The notes below the pieces were generated by a model. The model was given only the letters and a program-made list of their open reading frames with translations, searched no databases and was not told the origin of the DNA. The translations under genes were made by a program, and so were the position numbers. A DNA stretch of 64,000 nucleotides from Eledone cirrhosa (Eukaryota). Shown piece by piece: positions 12,921 to 26,040 of the stretch; position 1 is the first letter of the stretch; each line of letters opens with the position of its first letter. The DNA lies in NCBI GenBank assembly GCA_964016885.1, contig OZ024742.1, positions 14,012,001-14,076,000 of the forward strand, in the 5' to 3' direction.

Positions 12921-15900
12921 GAAGTGACCACCTGACCTAGTCTAGCCTCAATGTGAGACCATCTAACGCATGAAGTGACTACCTGACCTAGTGTAACCTC
13001 AATGTGAGACATAACCCTAGAAGTGACCACCTGACCTAGTCTAGCCTCAATGTGAGACCTAACCCTAGAAGTGACCACCTGACCTAGTCTGGCCTCAATG
13101 TGAGACCTAACCCTAGAAGTGACCACCTCACCTAGTCTAACCTCAATGTGAGACCTCTAACCCTAGAAGTAACCAGCTGACCTAGTCTAGCCTCAATGTG
13201 AGACTTCTAACCCTAGAAGTGACAACCTGACCGAGTGTAAACTGAATGTGAGACCTAACCCTAGAAGTGACCACCTGACCTAGTCTAACCTCAATGTGAG
13301 ACCTAACCCTAGCAGTGACCACCTGACCTAGTCTAGCCTCAATGTGAGACCTAACCCTAGAAGTTACCACCTGACCTAGTCTAGCCTCAATGTGTGACCT
13401 TCTATCCCTAGAAGTGACCACCTGACCTAGTCTAGCCTCGATGTGAGACCTTACCCAAGAAGTAACCACCTGACCTAGTTTAGCCTCCAATGTGAGACCC
13501 AATCCTAGAAGTGACCACCTGACCTAGTGTAACCTAACCCTAGAAGTGACCACCTGACCTAGTGTAACCTCAATGTGAGACCTAACCTTAGAAGTGACCA
13601 GCTGACCTTGTCTAGCCTCAATGTGTGACTTATCCCTAGAAGTGACCACCTGACCTTGTCTAGCCTCAATGTGAGACCATCTAACGCAAGAAGTGACCAC
13701 CTGACCTACTCTAGCCTCAATATGAGACCATCTAACGCAAGAAGTGACCACCTGACCTAGTCTAACCTCAATGTTAGACCTTGTAACCCTAGAAGTGACC
13801 ACCTGACCTAGTCTAGCCTCAATGTGAGACCTTCTAACCCTAGAAGTGAACACCTGACCTAGTCTAGCCTCAATGTGAGACCATCTAACCCTAGAAGTGA
13901 CCACCTGACCTAGTCTAGCCTCAATATGAGACCATCTAACCCTAGAAGTGACCACCTGACCTAGTCTAGCCTCAATGTGAGACCTAATCCTAGCAGTGAC
14001 CACCTGACCTAGTCTAGCCTCAACGTGAGACCTAACCCTAGAAGTGACCACCTGACCTAGTGTAACCTAAACCTAGAAGTGACCACCTGACCTTGTCTAG
14101 CCTCAATGTGAGACCATCTAACGCAAGAAGTGACCACCTGACCTACTCTAGCCTCAATATGAGACCATCTAACGCAAGAAGTGACCACCTGAACTAGTGT
14201 AACCTCAATGAGACCTAACCCTAGAAGTGACAACCTGACCTAGTCTAGCCTCAATGTGAGACCTAACCCTAGAAGTGAACACCTGACCTAGTCTAGCCTC
14301 AATATGAGACCATCTAACCCTAGAAGTGACCACCTTACCTAGTCTAGTCTCAATGTGAGACCTAGCCCTAGAAGTGACCACCTGACCTAGTCTAGCCTCA
14401 ATGTGAGATCTAACCCTAGAAGTGACCACCTAACTTAGTCTAGCCTCAATGTGAGACCTTCTCACCTTAGAAGTGACCACCTTACCTAATCTAGTCTCAA
14501 TGTGAGACTAACCCAAGAAGTGACCAGCTGACCTAGTCTAGCCTCAATGTGAGACTTCTAACCCTAGAAGTGACAACCTGACCTAGTGTAAACTGAATGA
14601 GACCTAACCCAAGAAGTGACCACCTGACCTAGTCTAGCCTCAATGTGAGACGATCTAACCCAAGAAGTGACCACCTGAACTAGTGTAACCTCAATGAGAC
14701 CTAACCCTAGAAGTGACAACCTGACCTAGTCTAGCCTCAATGTGAGACCTAACCCTAGCAGTGACCACCTGACCTAGTCTAGCCTCAACGTGAGACCTAA
14801 CCCTAGAAGTGACCACCTGACCTAATCTAGCCTCAATGTGAGACTCTCTAACCCAAGAAGTGACCACCTGACCTAGTCTAGCCTCAATGTGAGACCATCT
14901 AACCCTAGAAGTGACCACCTGACCTAGTCTAACCTCAATGTGAGACCTCTAACCCTAGAAGTGACCAGCTGACCTTGTCTAGCCTCAATGTGTGACTTAT
15001 CCCTAGAAGTGACCACCTGACCTAGTCTAACCTCAATGTGAGACCTTTTAACCCTAGAAGTGACCACCTCACCTAGTCTAGCCTCAATGTGAGACCTAAC
15101 CCTAGAAGTGACCACCTGACCTAGTCTAGCCTCAATGTGAGACCATCTAACGCATGAAGTGACTACCTGACCTAGTGTAACCTCAATGTGAGACATAACC
15201 CTAGAAGTGACCACCTGACCTAGTCTAGCCTCAATGTGAGACCTAACCCTAGAAGTGACCACCTGACCTAGTCTGGCCTCAATGTGAGACCTAACCCTAG
15301 AAGTGACCACCTCACCTAGTCTAACCTCAATGTGAGACCTCTAACCCTAGAAGTAACCAGCTGACCTAGTCTAGCCTCAATGTGAGACTTCTAACCCTAG
15401 AAGTGACAACCTGACCGAGTGTAAACTGAATGTGAGACCTAACCCTAGAAGTGACCACCTGACCTAGTCTAACCTCAATGTGAGACCTAACCCTAGCAGT
15501 GACCACCTGACCTAGTCTAGCCTCAATGTGAGACCTAACCCTAGAAGTTACCACCTGACCTAGTCTAGCCTCAATGTGTGACCTTCTATCCCTAGAAGTG
15601 ACCACCTGACCTAGTCTAGCCTCGATGTGAGACCTTACCCAAGAAGTAACCACCTGACCTAGTTTAGCCTCCAATGTGAGACCCAATCCTAGAAGTGACC
15701 ACCTGACCTAGTGTAACCTAACCCTAGAAGTGACCACCTGACCTAGTGTAACCTCAATGTGAGACCTAACCTTAGAAGTGACCAGCTGACCTTGTCTAGC
15801 CTCAATGTGTGACTTATCCCTAGAAGTGACCACCTGACCTTGTCTAGCCTCAATGTGAGACCATCTAACGCAAGAAGTGACCACCTGACCTACTCTAGCC

Positions 15901-18470
15901 TCAATATGAGACCATCTAACGCAAGAAGTGACCACCTGACCTAGTGTAACCTCAATGTGAGTCCTAACCCTAGAAGTGACCACCTGACCTAGTCTAACCT
16001 CAATGTTAGACCTTGTAACCCTAGAAGTGACCACCTGACCTAGTCTAGCCTCAATGTGAGACCTAACCCTAGAAGTGAACACCTGACCTAGTCTAGCCTC
16101 AATGTGAGACCATCTAACCCTAGAAGTGACCACCTGACCTAGTCTAGCCTCAATATGAGACCATCTAACCCTAGAAGTGACCACCTGACCTAGTCTAGCC
16201 TCAATGTGAGACCTAATCCTAGCAGTGACCACCTGACCTAGTCTAGCCTCAACGTGAGACCTAACCCTAGAAGTGACCACCTGACCTAGTGTAACCTAAA
16301 CCTAGAAGTGACCACCTGACCTTGTCTAGCCTCAATGTGAGACCATCTAACGCAAGAAGTGACCACCTGACCTACTCTAGCCTCAATATGAGACCATCTA
16401 ACGCAAGAAGTGACCACCTGAACTAGTGTAACCTCAATGAGACCTAACCCTAGAAGTGACAACCTGACCTAGTCTAGCCTCAATGTGAGACCTAACCCTA
16501 GAAGTGACCAGCTGACCTTGTCTAGCCTCAATGTTTGACCTTCTATCCCTAGAAGTGACCACCTGACCTAGTCTAGCCTCAATGTGAGATAATCTAACGC
16601 AAGAAGTGAACACCTGACCTAGTGTAACCTCAATGTGAGACCTAACCCTAGAAGTGACCAGCTGACCTAGTCTAGCCTCAATGTGAGACTTCTAACCCTA
16701 GAAGTGACAACCTGACCTAGTGTAAACTGAATGTGAGACCTAACCCAAGAAGTAACCACCTGACCTAGTCTAGCCTCCATGTGAGACCTAATCCTAGAAG
16801 TGACCACCTGACCTAGTCTAGCCTCAATGTGAGACCTAACCCTAGAAGTGATCAGCTGACCTAGTCTAGCCTCAATGTGTGACCTATCCCTAGAAGTGAC
16901 CACCTGACCTAGTCTAGCCTCAATATGAGACCATCTAACGCAAGAAGTGACTACCTGACCTAGTGTAACCTCAATGTGAGACATAACCCTAGAAGTGACC
17001 ACCTGACCTAGTCTAACCTCAATGTGAGACCTTTTAACCCTAGAAGTGACCACCTCACCTAGTCTAGCCTCAATGTGAGACCTAACCCTAGAAGTGACCA
17101 CCTGACCTAGTCTAGCCTCAATGTGAGACCATCTAACGCATGAAGTGACTACCTGACCTAGTGTAACCTCAATGTGAGACATAACCCTAGAAGTGACCAC
17201 CTGACCTAGTCTAGCCTCAATGTGAGACCTAACCCTAGAAGTGACCACCTGACCTAGTCTGGCCTCAATGTGAGACCTAACCCTAGAAGTGACCACCTCA
17301 CCTAGTCTAACCTCAATGTGAGACCTCTAACCCTAGAAGTAACCAGCTGACCTAGTCTAGCCTCAATGTGAGACTTCTAACCCTAGAAGTGACAACCTGA
17401 CCGAGTGTAAACTGAATGTGAGACCTAACCCTAGAAGTGACCACCTGACCTAGTCTAACCTCAATGTGAGACCTAACCCTAGCAGTGACCACCTGACCTA
17501 GTCTAGCCTCAATGTGAGACCTAACCCTAGAAGTTACCACCTGACCTAGTCTAGCCTCAATGTGTGACCTTCTATCCCTAGAAGTGACCACCTGACCTAG
17601 TCTAGCCTCGATGTGAGACCTTACCCAAGAAGTAACCACCTGACCTAGTTTAGCCTCCAATGTGAGACCCAATCCTAGAAGTGACCACCTGACCTAGTGT
17701 AACCTAACCCTAGAAGTGACCACCTGACCTAGTGTAACCTCAATGTGAGACCTAACCTTAGAAGTGACCAGCTGACCTTGTCTAGCCTCAATGTGTGACT
17801 TATCCCTAGAAGTGACCACCTGACCTTGTCTAGCCTCAATGTGAGACCATCTAACGCAAGAAGTGACCACCTGACCTACTCTAGCCTCAATATGAGACCA
17901 TCTAACGCAAGAAGTGACCACCTGACCTAGTGTAACCTCAATGTGAGTCCTAACCCTAGAAGTGACCACCTGACCTAGTCTAACCTCAATGTTAGACCTT
18001 GTAACCCTAGAAGTGACCACCTGACCTAGTCTAGCCTCAATGTGAGACCTTCTAACCCTAGAAGTGAACACCTGACCTAGTCTAGCCTCAATGTGAGACC
18101 ATCTAACCCTAGAAGTGACCACCTGACCTAGTCTAGCCTCAATATGAGACCATCTAACCCTAGAAGTGACCACCTGACCTAGTCTAGCCTCAATGTGAGA
18201 CCTAATCCTAGCAGTGACCACCTGACCTAGTCTAGCCTCAACGTGAGACCTAACCCTAGAAGTGACCACCTGACCTAGTGTAACCTAAACCTAGAAGTGA
18301 CCACCTGACCTTGTCTAGCCTCAATGTGAGACCATCTAACGCAAGAAGTGACCACCTGACCTACTCTAGCCTCAATATGAGACCATCTAACGCAAGAAGT
18401 GACCACCTGAACTAGTGTAACCTCAATGAGACCTAACCCTAGAAGTGACAACCTGACCTAGTCTAGCCTC
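12310..18470. repeat. Triplicated ~1.4-2 kb block (spacings 2184 and 1986 bp)
   Basis: ORF 13182 recurs at 15366 and 17352; 13524 at 15708 and 17694; the 209-aa ORF 12497 recurs at 16667 (offset 4170). Marker aacgcatgaag is in all three copies. Confidence 0.9.
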
Positions 18471-21400
18471 AATGTGAGACCTAACCCTAGCAGTGACCAC
18501 CTGACCTAGTCTAGCCTCAACGTGAGACCTAACCCTAGAAGTGACCACCTGACCTAATCTAGCCTCAATGTGAGACTCTCTAACCCAAGAAGTGACCACC
18601 TGACCTAGTCTAGCCTCAATGTGAGACCATCTAACCCTAGAAGTGACCACCTGACCTAGTCTAACCTCAATGTGAGACCTCTAACCCTAGAAGTGACCAG
18701 CTGACCTTGTCTAGCCTCAATGTTTGACCTATCCCTAGAAGTGACCACCTGACCTAGTCTAGCCTCAATGTGAGATAATCTAGCGCAAGAAGTGACCACC
18801 TGACCTAGTGTAACCTCAATGTGAGACCTAACCCTAGAAGTGACCAGCTGACCTAGTCTAGCCTCAATGTGAGACTTCTAACCCTAGAAGTGACCACCTT
18901 ACCTAGTCTAGCCTCAATATGAGACCACCTGACCTAGTGTAACCTCAATGTGAGACCTAACCCTATAAGTGATCACCTGACCTAGTCTAGCCTCAATGTG
19001 AGACCTAACCCTAGAAGTGAACACCTGGCCTAGTCTAGCCTCAATATGAGACCATCTAACCCTAGAAGTGACCACCTTACCTAGTCTAGTCTCAATGTGA
19101 GACCTAGCCCTAGAAGTGACAACCTGACCTAGTCTAGCCTCAATGTGAGATTTAACCCTAGAAGTGACCACCTGACTTAGTCTAGTCTCAATGTGAGACT
19201 ATCTAACCCAAGAAGTGACCAGCTGACCTAGTCTAGCCTCAATGTGAGACTTCTAACCCTAGAAGTGACAACCTGACCTAGTGTAAACTGAATGTGAGAC
19301 CTAACCCAAGAAGTGACCACCTGACCTAGTCTAGCCTCAATGTGAGACGATCTAACCCAAGAAGTGACCACCTGAACTAGTGTAACCTCAATGAGACCTA
19401 ACCTAGTCTAGCCTCAATGTGAGACCTAACCCTAGTAGTGACCACCTGACCTAGTCTAGCCTCAACGTGAGACCTGACCTAATCTAGCCTCAATGTGAGA
19501 CTATCTAACCCAAGAAGTGACCACCTGACCTAGTCTAGCCTCAATGTGAGACCATCTAACCCTAGAAGTGACCACCTGACCTAGTCTAACCTCAATGTGA
19601 GACCTCTAACCCTAGAAGTGACCAGCTGACCTTGTCTAGCCTCAATGTTTGACCTTCTATCCCTAGAAGTGACCACCTGACCTAGTCTAGCCTCAATGTG
19701 AGATAATCTAACGCAAGAAGTGAACACCTGACCTAGTGTAACCTCAATGTGAGACCTAACCCTAGAAGTGACCAGCTGACCTAGTCTAGCCTCAATGTGA
19801 GACTTCTAACCCTAGAAGTGACAACCTGACCGAGTGTAAACTGAATGAGACCTAACCCAAGAAGTAACCACCTGACCTAGTCTAGCCTCCATGTGAGACC
19901 TAATCCTAGAAGTGACCACCTGACCTAGTCTAGCCTCAATGTGAGACCTAACCCTAGAAGTGATCAGCTGACCTAGTCTAGCCTCAATGTGTGACCTATC
20001 CCTAGAAGTGACCACCTGACCTAGTGTAACCTAACTCTAGAAGTGACCAACTGACCTAGTCTAGCCTAAATGTGAGACCTAACCCTAGAAGTGACCACCT
20101 GACCTAGTCTAGCCTCAATGTGAGACCATCTAACGCAAGAAGTGACCACCTGACCTAGTCTAGCCTCAATGTGAGACCTAACCCTAGAAGTGACCACCTG
20201 ACCTAGTCTAACCTCAATGTGAGACCTTTTAACCCTAGAACTGACCACCTGACCTAGTCTAGCCTCAATGTGAGACCTAACCCTAGAAGTGACCACATGA
20301 CCTAGTCTAGCCTCAATGTGAGATTTCTAACCCTAGAAGTGACAACCTGACCAAGTGTAAACTGAATGTGAGACCTAACCCAAGAAGTGACCACCTGACC
20401 TAGTCTAGCCTCAATGTGAGACCTAACCCTAGAAGTGACCACCTGACCTAGTCTAGCCTCAATGTGAGACCTATCCCTAGAAGTGACCACCTCACCTAGT
20501 CTAACCTCAATGTGAGACCACTAACCCTAGAAGTGACCAGCTGACCTAGTCTAGCCTCAATGTGAGATAATCTAACGCAAGAAGTGACCACCTGACCTAG
20601 TGTAATCTCAATGTGAGACCTAACCCTAGAAGTGACCAGCTGACCTAGTCTAGCCTCAATGTGAGACTTCTAACCCTAGAAGTGACAACCTGACCGAGTG
20701 TAAACTGAATGTGAGACCTAACCCAAGAAGTAACCACCTGACCTAGTCTAGCCTCCAATGTGAGACCTAATCCTAGAAGTGACCACCTGACCTAGTCTAG
20801 CCTTAATGTGAGACCTAACCCTAGAAGTGATCAGCTGACCTAGTCTAGCCTCAATGTGTGACCTATCCCTAGAAGTGACCACCTGACCTAGTCTAGCCTC
20901 AATGTGAGACCATCTAACGCAAGAAGTGACCACCTGACCTAGTGTAGCCTCATTGTGAGACATAACCCTAGAAGTGACCACCTGACCTAGTCTAACCTCA
21001 ATGTGAGACCTTTTAACCCTAGAAGTGACCACCTGACCTAGTCTAGCCTCAATGTGAGACCTAACCCTAGAAGTGACCACCTGACCTAGTCTAGCCTCAA
21101 TGTGAGACTTCTAACTCTAGAAGTGACAACCTGACCTAGTGTAAACTGAATGTGAGACCTAACCCAAGCTGTGACCACCTGACCTAGTCTAGCCTCAATG
21201 TGAGACGATCTAACCCAAGAAGTGACCACCTGAACTAGTGTAACCTCAATGAGACCTAACCCTAGAAGTGACAACCTGACCTAGTCTAGCCTCAATGTGA
21301 GACCTAACCCTAGCAATGACCACCTGACCTAGTCTAGCCTCAACGTGAGACCTAACCCTAGAAGTGACCACCTGACCTAATCTAGCCTCAATGTGAGACT

Positions 21401-24400
21401 ATCTAACCCAAGAAGTGACTACCTGACCTAGTCTAGCCTCAATGTGAGACCATCTAACCCTAGAAGTGACCACCTGACGTAGTCTAACCTCAATGTGAGA
21501 CCTCTAACCCTAGAAGTGACCAGCTGACCTTGTCTAGCCTCAATGTTTGACCTTCTATCCCTAGAAGTGACCACTTGACCTAGTCTAGCCTCAATGTGAG
21601 ATAATCTAACGCAAGAAGTGACCACCTGACCTAGTGTAACCTCAATGTGAGACCTAACCCTGGAAGTGACCAGCTGACCTAGTCTAGCCTCAATGTGAGA
21701 CTTCTAACCCTAGAAGTGACAACCTGACCGAGTGTAAACTGAATGTGAGACCTTCTAACCCAAGAAGTGACCACCTGACCTAGTCTAGCCTCAATGTGAG
21801 ACCTAACCCAAGAAGTGACCACCTGACCTAGTCTAGCCTCAGTGTGAGACCTTCTAACCCTAGAAGTGACCACCTGACCTAGTCTAGCCTCAATGTGAGA
21901 CTATCTAACCCAAGAAGTGACCACCTGACCTAGTCTAGCCTCAATGTGAGACCTAACCCTAGAAGTTACCACCTGACCTAGTCTAGCCTCAATGTGTGAC
22001 CTTCTATCCCTAGAAGTGACCACCTGACCTAGTCTAGCCTCGATGTGAGACCTAACCCAAGAAGTAACCACCTGACCTAGTTTAGCCTCCAATGTGAGAC
22101 CCAATCCTAGAAGTGACCACCTGACCTAGTGTAACCTAACCCTAGAAGTGACCACCTGACCTAGTGTAACCTCAATGTGAGACCTTCTAACACTAGAAGT
22201 GACCACCTGACCTCTAACCCTGGAAGTGACCAGCTGACCTTGTCTAGTCTCAATGTTTGACCTTCTATCCCTAGAAGTGACCACCTGACCTAGTGTAACC
22301 TAAACCTAGAAGTGACCACCTGACCTAGTCTGACCTCTAACCCTGGAAGTGACCAGCTGACCTTGTCTAGTCTCAATGTTTGACCTTCTATCCCTAGAAG
22401 TGAACACCTGACCTAGTCTAGCCTCAATGTGAGACCATCTAACCCTAGAAGTTACCACCTTACCTAGTCTAGCCTCAATATGAGACCATCTAACGCAAGA
22501 AGTGACCACCTGACCTAGTGTAACCTCAATGTGAGACCTAACCCTAGAAGTGAACACCTGGCCTAGTCTAGCCTCAATATGAGACCATCTAACCCTAGAA
22601 GTGACCACCTTACCTAGTCTAGTCTCAATGTGAGACCTAGCCCTAGAAGTGACCACCTGACCTAGTCTAGCCTCAATGTGAGATCTAACCCTAGAAGTGA
22701 CCACCTGACCTAGTCTAGCCTCAATGTGAGACTTCTAACCCTAGAAGTGACAACCTGACCTAGTGTAAACTGAATGTGAGACCTAACCCAAGAAGTGACC
22801 ACCTGACCTAGTCTAGCCTCAATGTGAGACGATCTAACCCAAGAAGTGACCACCTGAACTAGTGTAACCTCAATGAGACCTAACCCTAGAAGTGACAACC
22901 TGACCTAGTCTAGCCTCAATGTGAGACCTAACCCTAGCAGTGACCACCTGACCTAGTCTAGCCTCAACGTGAGACCTAACCCTAGAAGTGACCACCTGAC
23001 CTAATCTAGCCTCAATGTAAGACTATCTAACCCAAGAAATGACCACCTGACCTAGTCTAGCCTCAATGTGAGACCATCTAACGCAAGAAGTGACCACCTG
23101 ACCTAGTGTAACCTCATTGTGAGACATAACCCTAGAAGTGACCACCTGACCTAGTCTAACCTCAATGTGAGACCTTTTAACCCTAGAAGTGACCACCTGA
23201 CCTAGTCTAGCCTCAATGTGAGACCTAACCCTAGAAGTGACCACCTGACCTAGTCTAGCCTCAATGTGAGACTTCTAACTCTAGAAGTGACAACCTGACC
23301 TAGTGTAAACTGAATGTGAGACCTAACCCAAGCTGTGACCACCTGACCTAGTCTAGCCTCAATGTGAGACGATCTAACCCAAGAAGTGACCACCTGAACT
23401 AGTGTAACCTCAATGAGACCTAACCCTAGAAGTGACAACCTGACCTAGTCTAGCCTCAATGTGAGACCTAACCCTAGCAATGACCACCTGACCTAGTCTA
23501 GCCTCAACGTGAGACCTAACCCTAGAAGTGACCACCTGACCTAATCTAGCCTCAATGTGAGACTCTAACCCAAGAAGTGACCACCTGACCTAGTCTAGCC
23601 TCAGTGTGAGACCTTCTAACCCTAGAAGTGACCACCTGACCTAGTCTAGCCTCAATGTGAGACTATCTAACCCAAGAAGTGACCACCTGACCTAGTCTAG
23701 CCTCAATGTGAGACCTAACCCTAGAAGTTACCACCTGACCTAGTCTAGCCTCAATGTGTGACCTATCCCTAGAAGTGACCACCTGACCTAGTCTAGCCTC
23801 GATGTGAGACCTAACCCAAGAAGTAACCACCTGACCTAGTTTAGCCTCCAATGTGAGACCCAATCCTAGAAGTGACCACCTGACCTAGTGTAACCTAACC
23901 CTAGAAGTGACCACCTGACCTAGTCTAGCCTCAGTGTGAGACCTTCTAACCCTAGAAGTGACCACCTGACCTAGTCTAGCCTCAATGTGAGACTATCTAA
24001 CCCAAGAAGTGACCACCTGACCTAGTGTAACCTCAATGTGAGACCTAACCTTAGAAGTGACCAGCTGACCTTGTCTAGCCTCAATGTGTGACCTATCCCT
24101 AGAAGTGACCACCTGACCTAGTGTAACCTAAACCTAGAAGTGACCACCTGACCTTGTCTAGCCTCAATGTGAGACCATCTAACGCAAGAAGTGACCACCT
24201 GACCTAGTGTAACCTCAATGTGAGACCTTCTAACACTAGAAGTGACCACCTGACCTAGTCTAGCCTCAACGTGAGACCTAACCCTAGAAGTGACCACCTG
24301 ACCTAATCTAGCCTCAATGTAAGACTATCTAACCCAAGAAATGACCACCTGACCTAGTCTAGCCTCAATGTGAGACCATCTAACCCTAGAAGTGACCACC

Positions 24401-26040
24401 TGACCTAGTCTAACCTCAATGTGAGACCTCTAACCCTAGAAGTGACCAGCTGACCTTGTCTAGCCTCAATGTTTGACCTTCTATCCCTAGAAGTGACCAC
24501 CTGACCTAGTCTAGCCTCAATGTGAGATAATCTAACGCAAGAAGTGACCACCTGACCTAGTCTAGCCTCAATGTGAGATAATCTAACGCAAGAAGTGACC
24601 ACCTGACCTAGTGTAACCTCAATGTGAGACCTAACCCTAGAAGTGACCCGCTGACCTAGTCTAGCCTCAATGTGAGACTTCTAACCCTAGAAGTGACAAC
24701 CTGACCGAGTGTAAACTGAATGTGAGACCTAACCCAAGAAGTAACCACCTGACCTAGTCTAGCCTCCAATGTGAGACCTAATCCTAGAAGTGACCACCTG
24801 ACCTAGTCTAGCCTCAATGTGAGACCTAACCCTAGAAGTGATCAGCTGACCTAGTCTAGCCTCAATGTGTGACCTATCCCTAGAAGTGACCACCTGACCT
24901 GGTCTAACCTCAATGTGAGACCTTTTAACCCTAGAAGTGACCACCTGACCTAGTCTAGCCTCAATGTGATACCTAACCCTAGAAGTGACCACCTGACCTA
25001 GTCTAGCCTCAATGTGAGATTTCTAACCTTAGAAGTGACAACCTGACCAAGTGTAAACTGAATGTGAGACCTTCTAACCCAAGAAGTGACCACCTGACCT
25101 AGTCTAGCCTCAATGTGAGACCTAACCTTAGAAGTGACCACCTGACCTAGTCTAGCCTCAATGTGAGACCTAACCCTAGAAGTGACCACCTCACCTAGTC
25201 TAACCTCAATGTGAGACCTCTAACCCTAGAAGTGACCAGCTGACCTTGTCTAGCCTCAATGTGTGACTTATCCCTAGAAGTGACCACCGACCTAGTGTAA
25301 CCTAAACCTAGAAGTGACCACCTGACCTTGTCTAGCCTCACTGTGAGACCATCTAACGCAAGGAGTGACCACCTGACCTAGTGTAACCTCAATGTGAGAA
25401 CTTCTAACCCTAGAAGTGACCACTTACCTAGTCTAACCTCAATGTGAGACCTAACCCTAGAAGTGACCACCAGACCTAGTCTAGCCTCAATGTGAGACCT
25501 TCTAACCCTAGAAGTGACCACCTTACCTAGTCTAGTCTCAATGTGAGACCTAACCCTAGAAGTGACCACCTGACCTAGTCTAGCCTCAATGTGAGATCTT
25601 ACTCTAGAAGTGACCACCTGACCTAGTCTAGCCTCAATGTGAGACCTAACCCTAGAAGTGACCACCTGACCTAGTCTAGCCTCAATGTGAGACCTAACCT
25701 TAGAAGTGACCACCTGACCTAATCTAGTCTCAATGTGAGACTATCTAACCCAAGAAGTGACCATCTGACCTAGTCTAGCCTCAATGTGAGACTTATAACC
25801 CTAGAAGTGACAACCTGACCTAGTGTAAACTGAATGTGAGACCTAACCCTAGAAGTGACCACCTGGCGTAGTCTAACCTCAATGTTAGACCTAATCCTAG
25901 CAGTGACAACCGGACCTAGTCTAACCTCAATGTGAGACCTTCGAACCCTAGAAGTGACCACCTGACCTAGTCTAACCTCAATGTGAGACCTAACCCTAGA
26001 AGTTACCACCTGACCTAGTCTAGCCTCAATGTGTGACCTA

